Assembly (NCBI GenBank): GCA_002269645.1
Contig: NIVC01005211.1
Coordinates: forward strand, 1 to 21,067
Source of the DNA: Macrostomum lignano
Lineage: Eukaryota
Length of the DNA: 21,067 nucleotides
Direction: 5' to 3'
The translations under genes and the position numbers were made by a program. This document shows positions 8,385-18,128 of the stretch, in pieces. Below the pieces are notes generated by a model. That model saw only the letters and a list, made by a program, of their open reading frames with translations, did no database searches and was not told where the DNA came from. The first letter of the stretch is position 1; each line of letters begins with the position of its first letter.

Positions 8385-10195
8385 CATTCTTACACATATA
8401 TTGTGTGCATCTTTGTACATGTAGAGGAGACTTGCGCATAAGTTGTCATTATGGTCCCATAAGAAATCGGTGTGTTTTGAAAATATTTCATTAAATCTGA
8501 AGCCGTAGCTACTACCCCCTGTTTGTGAGTAATATTAAATTTGATATCGGGCTTTGTACATGTGTACTTGATAGCTCGTACATGTTATAAAAGCTTTCTG
8601 ACAAAAAGACACATTTCGATTTTTTGATCATTTGAGTTATGGGGCTACCCCTAATGTACATGTACACGCAGCTGCTCAACTTTTGCTGGTCAACTTTTTA
8701 AATGTACTGATGGTGTCCATTTTTACACTGTACGCTGGAAAAACTTCGGAGGATAGACTGGAAGCCGTTCATTGTGTAGCTTATTAGTTTTATTTATTCA
8801 GTCTGTATTTCAACCAATAAAAAACTTTAAACCAAAAAAGGCATTTAACTGCGTAAAAGGTAGGTACAATATAATTTTGTTAAGAGCTACTTTGCTAAAA
8901 TATACTAGCGTTTTTTACCTTTAACGTACGAGCGTATTAACCTTTAACTTATTAATAACGCGACGACTATTTACTCTAAGATTTCAAACGGTGATCAATT
9001 GCACAAGTTGTACATTCATCCCGATTAGGCATTTTGTTTAATTCTGAACTTTGCAAGCCTAAAACTGTTTAGGCCTACACTGCCACATGTGTGCATTGCT
9101 ATGCTTTTGGTACAGAATGAATGTCAATCATTTAATCAGTAAAATGGTATTTAACTACGAGGGAGGGGCCTAGGCTTAGCCGCCTAGGCCTATGAACACT
9201 GTTTATTTGCTTTACCTTTGGCTTTAAGTAGCTTTATAAAGAAGCTACTGCCTACTTAAAGGTAGAGTTGTTGAAGATCTGCAACAGCAGACTGCAGAGC
9301 AGACTAGTGAGGGGCGAGGGCCTATATATTTAAATTAGGTCTTTGACTAGACTAGGCCTACTTATATGCCATGGCCATATCACTATCAGGGATCAGGCCA
9401 TAGGCATAGGCCTAGTCTTTAGTTTGGAAGGTGACATGTACACCAGGATTTCCTGGCGTACAACAAGGGTCTTACCATTTTTCAGTGTACATCAGGATAT
9501 ATCTAGGCATACATGACATAGCAGATACATTGTGTCAAATGACAGTTTTTTATATTGGCACACAAACCTGGCACACAAATGAGGTCTCAACTCTTGTCAT
9601 TTTTTGCCTCTGGAATTGAACCTGGTAGGCCTATACATTAATACACAATCCAAACTATGGCCCATAGTCAATTCAGCATTGATGATGTAGGCCTTATTAT
9701 CTCAATATCTACATTAGAAAAAACTTTCTTTGTTTATGCCAATAGATGGCTCACCTAATCTAGATATCAGTAGGCTAAGCCTATATGTAGATACCCTGCA
9801 TTGTGCTATCTGCACTAAAAATTAGAGTCAAATATATTTCTGTTTTGTGTGGGAAGATTTTCTATAAAATGATAAAATAACATTATCCTCATAGTGTGGA
9901 TTAGAGCTAGAGGTAAGTTAGGGCCTATTGACATTTTCCCTAACTAAGATTAAGAAAAGATGCCTACCTAGAGTTGTAGTCTAGCATGTCTAGACTTTAC
10001 TATAAATAGCTAAGTAGATAAGCCTAGGTAAGCCTAGGTAAGAATAAGATAAAAAGGAATTTTAAGCTAATTCAATTTGATATTAATATTAATAACCTCT
10101 TTAAATGTTCTATAGAGCCAATTTCAATGCAATATAAACCCATGTTAAATGTTAATATTTTTCAAATTTGAAATCAGTGCATAACCTTAAATTTA

Positions 10196-10963
10196 TGTAC
10201 TAGTGTTATGCCTTTATCATAGTATACTCGAATGTTCTTTCAATGTAATAACTGTATATTCGAATCTTTCTTAGAAACTGAATCTACGCGAACGCCAAAT
10301 AATAGTTTGTTTTAATGCGCGAAATAAATTGGAGAATTATTTTTTGTTTTAATCGTATGTGGGGAAAATCACTATATATAGGAGCGGTTTTGCGACAAAT
10401 ATACTCTAACTGTCTTTTACTCGTGAGCAAATAATTGCGAACAGAATAAGCAGTTCAATCTAAACCATTTCAAAGTCTTTGAGCTAAATAGCGACTTATT
10501 TATTTGCAAAACCTGTGAAACGATTCTAAGAAATTTGCTAAGAGAAGGGAATTGGGACTAATTCTTGGAGATATACCAAGAGAGGCGCCGTGACCCTCTA
10601 GTCTCGGTGAACGCCCGATTAGGACTATACACTAATACATATACCAGTACTAGACCGCTCAGGCCATAAGCTACTAGAACGCTACCAGAAAGCAAGCCAT
10701 AAGCTACCAGAAACGCTACTAAGAACGCTACCAGAAACGCTACTAAGAACGCTACCCAGAAATATTTAAATGAAATTCTAAGAAATAGTTAGGGAGTAAA
10801 AGCAAGTATAATCAGGATAACTGTAGTTGGCAAATCGGTGGGATTAAAATTGATAAAGTAAGAGGTGAAAGGCCTGTAACAACTTTGGTAGCAGCTCGTA
10901 GGATATTTAATAAACACTAATAGTTAGAAGTTTAGAAAGACAGAGCCAAAAAGACCTGTCACA
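10196..10963 (+). repeat. 5' LTR of element B (768 bp)
   Basis: Differs from 18129-18899 by T10206/C18139 and one 3-bp (TAA) indel. TATA-like TATATATAGG at 10373-10382 and AATAAA at 10909-10914. Internal AACGCTACCAGAA-type repeats at ~10677-10760. Confidence 0.96.
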
Positions 10964-10965
10964 GC

Positions 10966-10976
10966 TGGTGGCAGCG
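10966..10976 (+). promoter_or_regulatory. Primer-binding site of element B, tRNA-Leu(AAG/TAG)-type (TGGTGGCAGCG)
   Basis: Starts 2 nt after the LTR end. 11-nt match to the recalled complement of the metazoan tRNA-Leu(AAG) 3' end (TGGTGGCAGCGGTGGGATT). Confidence 0.85.
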
Positions 10977-11064
10977 ATAAGGATTAGAGAAACGGCGCGA
11001 ACTCTTAAAGCTAGATTCAGAAGAATTCCGAAGAATAATTTGAAAAGTTTTTCGTAGAGAAAAG

Positions 11065-12069
11065 ATGAATCAGAATCAGGCTAATGACGCCATCGCCATG
11101 CTGGCAGAAGAATTGCGAAACCGACTAGAGATAGGGCCGATGAGACACGTTAAGATTCAGAAATTCACACCTACGCAAGACATTCGGATCTGGCTAACAG
11201 CCTTCGATCAGCGCTGTGAAGTAGAAGGGATAGATGAGGAACATAGGAAGCAGGAATTGCTAGCTAATCTGGACCTGTCCACTGCATTCGCAGCGGTACA
11301 GCGCCTAAATCTGCCCGAGGATCTTGAATACGAAGAGTTCAAAGAGCGACTGATTGAGCGATTCGGAAGAATCGGTAGTTCCGCAGAATTCAGAGAGGAG
11401 TTTCGTGGAAGAATGCAAGGCAGAAATGAGCCTGTAGAGACTTTCGCAGACTGTTTGATCGAGCTGGCATCGCGTGCATTTCCGAATATGACGGTTGAGC
11501 AAAGGGAAGAAGAAATTGTTGAGCAATTCATCAAGGGAATCAGAATTCCGTCAGAGACCCGTGAGAAGCTAATCTTTGCGCAGCCAGGCAATTTACAAGA
11601 GGCTAGAAGAATGCTAAGAAGGATGGAGGCTGCGTGGAACATGTCTCACAAGAATGTCAACATGAGAATGGCCAAAGGCGAAGGCGAGAGTGAGCAGAAG
11701 GCAGATCAGGAGAAGCTTGAGGACATCATCAAGAAGCAGAGAGCAGAGTTAGAGCAACAGAAGAAGGCGATTGAGGAGCTGATGGAAGAGAAGAGAGCTA
11801 GCCGTCAGCAGTATCATCCGCAGAATCAATATCAAACGTACGCTCAGGTCGCTGGACCGCCGCAGCAGCCGAGATATCGGCCGCAGCAGCAGCAGCAGCA
11901 GCAGCCAGTATGGCGCGGTCAGCCTCAGTTCAACAGGCAGCCACAGCAACAGCAGCAGCCTCGAGCCTGCTACAATTGCGGGAAGCTTGGCCACATGGCG
12001 AGGAATTGCCAGAGCGCTAGGCCAAACGGTCAGCGAGTGATGAACTACCAGAAGCAGCAGGGAAACTGA
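11065..12069 (+). CDS. gag: Gag of element B (334 aa)
   Basis: Capsid-like QG.NE.VETFA.CL.ELA region, a coiled coil, a Q/P-rich linker and a CCHC knuckle CYNCGKLGHMARNC at 11968-12009. Confidence 0.92.
   Translation: MNQNQANDAIAMLAEELRNRLEIGPMRHVKIQKFTPTQDIRIWLTAFDQRCEVEGIDEEHRKQELLANLDLSTAFAAVQRLNLPEDLEYEEFKERLIERFGRIGSSAEFREEFRGRMQGRNEPVETFADCLIELASRAFPNMTVEQREEEIVEQFIKGIRIPSETREKLIFAQPGNLQEARRMLRRMEAAWNMSHKNVNMRMAKGEGESEQKADQEKLEDIIKKQRAELEQQKKAIEELMEEKRASRQQYHPQNQYQTYAQVAGPPQQPRYRPQQQQQQQPVWRGQPQFNRQPQQQQQPRACYNCGKLGHMARNCQSARPNGQRVMNYQKQQGN
12060..12066 (+). promoter_or_regulatory. -1 frameshift slippery site of element B (G GGA AAC, immediately before the gag TGA)
   Basis: The -1 frame is open from 12060 through the protease DTG at 12429-12437. 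Possible downstream pseudoknot: AGCG/CGCT (12072-12084) plus GAGGG/CCCTC (12075-12103). Confidence 0.82.
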
Positions 12070-15000
12070 GTAGCGAGGGCCGCTTTGCGAGGCCACGTCC
12101 CTCTAGCAACAATTATCGCGAATTTCAGGCCTCTGAATTTGTAAATAATGCGTATCGAAGTAATGCCAGACAGTATAGTAACAGCAGAACGCATGCCGAA
12201 TTCAATAAATTTCACAGAAAACCAAATAAAAATTTTGCACCTCGTGTACATACGCCGCTTGCACCTAGTCATGCGTCTGCCAGCCACAGTAGGCCGAATA
12301 ATAAAGTACAAAGTACAGTAATTCCGAATGAGCATTCGAAGAAAGAATTCGAAGAAGATACGGAGAGAAAAGGACGAGAAGCAGTCGTCAATGGAATGCT
12401 AAGAAACCGAAAGGTCTACTTCCTGCTAGACACAGGAGCTGGACATAATTTCCTAAGCAAGAGTACTTGGAAAAAGATGTTCAGAAGTGATGAAATTGAG
12501 TTGACTACTAGAAGAGTGACTACGTTTGACGGATCAAGTGTGCGAATTGAAGGAGAAGTCAGAACGAAAATACGATTCGGAGAGATAGAGATTAGACAGA
12601 GTTCCTGCTGTGCAATCACGAGTGTGACGACATACTCGGGATGGAGTTCTTCATGAACTTCTGCGACAGCATCAGCCTTTCCAGAGGAATGCTTGTATTA
12701 AAAGAAGGGACCTGCATCCCAATTCAGTTTACAAAATTACCCGTACGGGTTTGCCGAATCTACAGCCATAACAGCGTGACTATACCAGCGAATAGCGCTC
12801 TTCGAATTCCAATTAGAATGACTAAAGGATCAGAAGCTAACTATGGAACGCCAATGGTCATTGACACCATTGGAGGCCAAGTGACTACGAAGAAAATTCC
12901 TTAGAGATGATTCCTACTCTAGTGACCATGAACGATGGAACAGGAGTAGTGGAAATAATCAATCGACAGAATGACGATATCAGACTGACAAGATCTACGC
13001 TGATTGGAGTGGCCAAACCCTTGAAGCCAGGAGGCCTGGCCTACTCTATTAACAGCAAAGGTCAAGCCAGTTCAGATGATGCAATTAGGACAGTGAAGAG
13101 TGAAGAGAGTGAGTACAGCTGGATAAACGAGATCGATTTAGGAGAAGAGCTAACATCAGAACAGAAAGGACTAGTGATCGATTTGCTAAAGAAGAACAAA
13201 GAAGCGTTTTCGCAGACCAGCCAAGACATGGGTCTCACCCATCTTGTGACTCATGAAATATCTCTAAAAGATACCACACCAGTCAGGATTCCAACACGCA
13301 GAATTCCACCACATCTGCAAAAGCAAGTAGATGAGCAACTTGACGACATGCTTGCTAAGAACCTGATCCGACCGTGCTATAGTACTTATTCGACGCCGCT
13401 AGTGATAGTTCCTAAGAAGGATGGATCCATAAGAATCGTCAGTGACTTCAGGGTCCTGAACTCGAGAGTGAACTATTACCCATATCCATTGCCGAACATA
13501 CAAGAGACTTTCGCTCAGTTATCTGGAAGCAAGTACTTCAGTAGTCTAGATTTAAACTCTGGATACTGGCAGGTACCTATCAAAGAAGAGCACAAATTTA
13601 TGACAGCCTTTTCCACCCTTACCAGAGGCCAGTTCGAATATCAGGTCATGGCACAGGGCTTGTCTAACGCTCCTGGTACATTCCAGAGACTCATGAATTT
13701 GGTGCTGATGGGAATACAGCACAAATTCGCAATGTCGTACATAGATGATATTGTGACATACTCAGAGAAATTCGAAGATCATCTCGGTCATCTGCAAGAA
13801 GTATTTCAAAGACTAATCTCAGCAGGACTAAAATTAAGACCAAAAAAGTGCAACTTGTTTCAGAAAGAGCTAAAGTACTTAGGGCATATCGTAGGAAGAG
13901 AAGGGATTAGAACAGACCCAGCTAAGATCGAAGCGATACAGTCATGGCCTACGCCGAAAGAGGTCAAAGAACTGCGAAGCTTCTTGGGGTTGTGTAACTA
14001 CTACTGCAGATTTGTAAAGAATTACGCAGAGGCAGCGCATCCGCTATTTCAATTAACTAAGAAAGGTATTCAAAACTTTAGGGAAAAGTGGACCAAGAAG
14101 CATGACGAGGCTTTCCAGCAGTTGAAGCAGAGAATGACATCGACCGAAGTACTCGCGTACCCAGAATTCTCAGAGAACGAAAATGTTCGAATGGTATTAG
14201 ACACCGACGCAAGCGAAGACCGAATTGGTGCTTGCCTGGGTCAAATACAATCGGACGGGGTTGAAAGACCCATTGCTTACTTCAGCAGAGCAATGAAAGA
14301 GTCTGAGAAAAGATATCCGATTACCAGAAAAGAGCTATTAGCGCTAGTAGATGGCATGAAACACTTCCGATTTTACCTAATTGGCAAAAGGTTTCTGGCC
14401 CGCACAGACCACAAGGCAATTCTATGGTTACTGCGCCAGACCGAAGCCCAAGGAATTCTCGGAAGATGGATTGAAAGACTGAGTGAGTTTCAATACGATA
14501 TTGAGCACCGCAGTGGAGCCAAACATTCCAACGCAGATGGATTGTCACGGCGACCCTCGAACCACCAGTTGAACAGAAAGATGCTAAGATCAAAGAGAAT
14601 GAGGCCGAAATTCCTAAGATGACAATAGAAACCAGCGCTGTGAAACAAGTCGTGACTAACAGCGTGAAAGATCAGAGTTGCCAGACCGACTTCACAGAAG
14701 ATTATGAATCAGATTCCGAAGACGAATTCGCAGATGATGAATACGAGGATGCCAGTGATCAGTTCGAAGATGATGATGACATCTATGAAGATGCAAGAGA
14801 CTATTTCGAAGAGGAAGAGACAGTGTGCAGAAAGCTTCTGACAGATTACCTCTCGGTTCCATTGAAGAAAGAGCAGCTGACTTCAGCGCAGCATGCTGAT
14901 CCTTCTATAAGAACCTTGATGGACTGGAAGCAGAAGAAAGTGCGTGAGCCGAAGTTGCCAGAAAATGCATCCGGAGAGTTGAAGAAGATGGTTAAGTTCT

Positions 15001-16567
15001 ACGAGCAGATGAAAATCGAAGATGAAATGCTGACAGTCAGTGAAGACGGTAAACGAAAGTAGTATTGCCAGAGAAGGATTGAGAAAGATGTATTCAAAGA
15101 GCTGCATGACAGTCCGCTAGCAGGCCACCTAGGTCGGGACAAGACGCTACAGCGAGTCCGAGACCGATTCTGGAGGCCGGGGTTAGTGACTGCAGTTGAA
15201 AAGTACATCGCAGAATGCATCCCGTGTCTGGAAAGTAAAAGCGGAAATAAAGTACGAGCACCGGTGCAGACCTTTCCGATATGTGAGCCATTCCATCGGC
15301 TGCACATAGATTTGATCGGTCCAATATCAAAGGAAAGCAGAAGAGGACACCGATATGTACTTACTGTCGTAGATAGTACAACAAAGTTCCCATTCGCTTT
15401 TCCGGTTCGGAATCAGAAATCCGCGACTGTTATCAAAACGATACAAGAGAGAATTTTCAGCGAGTATGGCCAGTGTCAATGGATACACACTGATAATGGC
15501 AAGACTTTTGTAAGTCACCAATTTCAGGCATTCTGTACCCTATACGGCATTAAGCATACTTGCACTACGCCTTACCATGCTCAGAGTAACGGGCTTGTCG
15601 AAAGATTTAACAAGCAAATTAAATCGATTGTAACCTGTTTGATTGAAAAGGATCATTCAGATTGGGATCTGCTCATACCCGCCGCTTTGGTAGCTGTGCG
15701 AACCAGTGTTAATCAAACTACTGGGTTCACACCACACTACTTACTATTCGGGAGAGAAGCAGATTTGCCAATAGATAGCATTGTGAAAAGGCCAAGACTA
15801 TACCGAGACTATCCTAGCTATGTGCTGGATCATGCGAAGAGAATCGAGGAGACAAAAGCAATTGTGCGAAGACAACTCGAAAAGGTGCGAGAGAAAAGGC
15901 AAGAGGACGAAGTTGAGAATCGTCAGCCTAAAAATGTGCCAGTTGGCTGTCTCGCTCTCATCAACAACCTCAACTTCACCAAGAGGAGAGCCACAAATTT
16001 CATCGAAAGAAAAGAGCAGCCTATCGAGTTCTTGCGAAGATATCTGATACAGTTTTCCGTGTGCAAAGAGAAATCAATGGCGAAAGGAGCGGAGAAAAAC
16101 TATTAGTACATAGAAATAATCTGACTCCAGTGCCGAAATCCGAAATTGATTTACCAGAGGAAATTAATAATAATTTAAAACCAGCACCAGTGCCAACTAA
16201 GAAGAAAGAACAGCCGAAGCCGAAGAAAAGAATTTGCCATAGACAAAAAGAAGTTAGAATTCCAGAAGTTCAAATTTTAGAGGAGGAAAGCTCAGACGAA
16301 GAAAACAGAATTCAATGGAGAGTATTCGCAGATCCGAATTCGCAGAGTGAAAACGAAGGAAATGAAGAATTGAACAGTGAGAATACAGAGAGAGCGACTG
16401 ACTCAGATGAGCCATCAGAAGAAGAAGAAGGAGCATTAGAGTTAGAGGAGGAACGAGTTCAGCCAGAGAATAGGTATAACTTTAGGATGACTCAGCGAAG
16501 GAGAGAAAGAGAAGGCGCGACAGGATTTGTGCCCCGAAGGCGCTACGCGAAATATTTAGCACCTTAA
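12060..16567 (+). CDS. pol: Pol of element B (PR-RT-RH-INT), broken into ORF-track pieces by about six small frameshifts
   Basis: LLDTGAG, YIDD (13738-13749), RNase H LDTDASE...TRKELL and ELHDSPLAGH...CIPC zinc finger. Integrase core HIDLIGP/HTDNG/NGLVERFN and a degenerate GPY/F (KRAAYRVL...VHRNNL). Breaks at ~12599, 12893-12896, ~14559, 15056-15077 (compensating pair) and ~15981-15990. Confidence 0.9.
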
Positions 16568-16817
16568 ATCATGACGTAAGCAATTTCCCATAAGAAACAG
16601 TGTTAAATAGTTAAAATTCCGTATTAGAATTACTTATCTGCTTATAAAATTTGACATGCTGTACATAGAGCGAATCTGTAAATACCATATTAATCTACAA
16701 AATGCGATCTTTAATTTGATACTTTACTCAAGAAAATCTATCAAAAAATAAAAAAGTTATAAAAAGAAATAGAAAATCCATAAAAATTTAGTTGTCAAAT
16801 CTGTCAAATCTGGCATG

Positions 16818-16883
16818 CCCCGCCCCACGCGCGAGGGAGTGCTTCGAAGAGGTCCAGTTTTTCGGCCCGCCAGCCTATAAATA
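16818..16883 (+). promoter_or_regulatory. Candidate internal promoter for ORF3
   Basis: GC box CCCCGCCCC (16818-16826) and TATAAATA (16876-16883) in a GC-rich island after an AT-rich stretch with AATAAA (16747-16752). The start context is CAAAATG. Confidence 0.5.
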
Positions 16884-16966
16884 CGAGCACCCTGCAGGCC
16901 CCACAGATCCCATAGCTCACTGCTAGCTTCCTTTCTATTCTAAGAGCCATTCGCAGAGAAATCAAA

Positions 16967-17842
16967 ATGAACAACTCTATTGACATCTTGGACGAGTTAA
17001 TTGGCAATCTGTCAGACGATATGGAGCCCCAGCCAGCGCCCAACACCGACGAAAATGAGGCACCGCTTCGATGTGCAACACGTCCAAAGGCGCCTGGTGT
17101 ATCCAGCAAACGGCCAAGAACATCATCGCCAGCTTCATCGCCTTGCCGCCAAATGAGGGTCGAAGGCCCCGAGCAGAAGCGCGCCGCCCTGGTGGCAGCA
17201 CAGGCAGCTGCGCCCGTGCGCTCCTATGTTGTCAAGGCCACGCCAGGATCGTCGACATCAAGCCGAACGCAGCAGTTGGTGTCACCGCCAGCTGCCCCAT
17301 CATCGAGAAAGACCCCGGCACCACGGCAGAAGAAATCGACAGCTGCGACACCGCCAGCTCAGCAGCCAGCGTCGCAGCCGAGCCTGCAATCAGCGCAGCA
17401 GTCAGCGCTGCAGCCGAGCCTGCAATCAGCGCAGCAGTCTAGCCAGCCATCAGCACTACAGCCGAGCCAGCAGCAATCGAATTCGCAGAGAGATTTTCAT
17501 CGCATCGTCCGAGAACTTGTGGAGACTCGCGGAGCAGAGGTGGAAAAGCTACGCTTCCACATTGAGCAATACGCACTGAAAGTAGCGTACCACCGATCCG
17601 ACAGCCGACAGCGCTACCCCCAATGCTCGCAAATTTGGACACACCTGAAGTTTCTAAGGGATCAATTCAGTTACCAGGAAGCTGTCGCTGTTCTCCAGGA
17701 CGTCGCCTATCGCCTCCAGCGAGCTATAAGAGCCAACCCGCCGCCAGCGCTGACGGTCCTCGACGAAGAGTACCGATGGTTTTTCGCTCAAGTCGGCTGG
17801 CCCTACTATCGCGACCTCCCGGAGCCCTGCATGTTTATCTGA
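16967..17842 (+). CDS. ORF3 of element B: 291-aa protein of unknown function (not env-like)
   Basis: Uninterrupted ORF between pol and the PPT. Acidic N-terminus, S/P/Q-rich low-complexity middle with basic patches, and a ~115-aa helical-looking C-terminal region. No signal peptide or transmembrane stretch is visible. Confidence 0.8.
   Translation: MNNSIDILDELIGNLSDDMEPQPAPNTDENEAPLRCATRPKAPGVSSKRPRTSSPASSPCRQMRVEGPEQKRAALVAAQAAAPVRSYVVKATPGSSTSSRTQQLVSPPAAPSSRKTPAPRQKKSTAATPPAQQPASQPSLQSAQQSALQPSLQSAQQSSQPSALQPSQQQSNSQRDFHRIVRELVETRGAEVEKLRFHIEQYALKVAYHRSDSRQRYPQCSQIWTHLKFLRDQFSYQEAVAVLQDVAYRLQRAIRANPPPALTVLDEEYRWFFAQVGWPYYRDLPEPCMFI
17374..17439 (+). repeat. In-frame 36-bp-period duplication in ORF3 (QPSLQSAQQS twice)
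   Basis: Identical 30-mers at 17374-17403 and 17410-17439. Confidence 0.9.
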
Positions 17843-18115
17843 ACTATTGAGGTGAACTAACTTTTGCGTTGCCTTTAATAACAATTTTGCCTTTTATAAT
17901 ACTTTTATAATAGTTCGTTTTGCTTCCATAATAGTTCTCACTTTAATGGTTTACCTACATAATAGTTCTATCACAACCATTTTATGCACCAATTGTTTTA
18001 GCACTGAATTGTGTTTTCTGCACCTTGCTTTGCACCTTTTCACCTGCATTTTCCTACGATATCAATTTTTCACTGTATACATATAATATAGTATTTCGTT
18101 CAAAATTTGATATAT

Positions 18116-18127
18116 AGAGGAGGAAAG
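18116..18127 (+). promoter_or_regulatory. Polypurine tract of element B
   Basis: AGAGGAGGAAAG, 1 nt before the 3' LTR. Confidence 0.88.
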
Positions 18128-18128
18128 T

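Noticed and set aside
6639-8424. ORFs with repeated AVKL/TADKM/GSHFV pentapeptides and the L/S/F-rich ORFs at 7238-7619
   Set aside because: They are products of the 15-bp repeat and of the pyrimidine-rich strand of the GA tract.
8698-8772. 24-aa minus-strand ORF with good start context (MNGFQSILRSFSS...)
   Set aside because: It has only a weak donor site, there is no downstream exon, and it is too short to support.
9476-9621. Minus-strand exon-like segment (CAG acceptor, GTAAGA donor) with CxxC pairs
   Set aside because: I found no convincing open frame across it, no recognisable domain and no partner exons. It may be a decayed TE fragment.
12599-15990. Internal pol frameshifts as programmed recoding sites
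   Set aside because: There are no slippery heptamers with stimulatory structures. The same deletion pattern affects the host exon, which points to sequence error.
16967-17842. ORF3 as env
   Set aside because: No signal peptide, transmembrane segment or fusion-protein cysteine pattern is visible. It is retained as an unknown accessory ORF.
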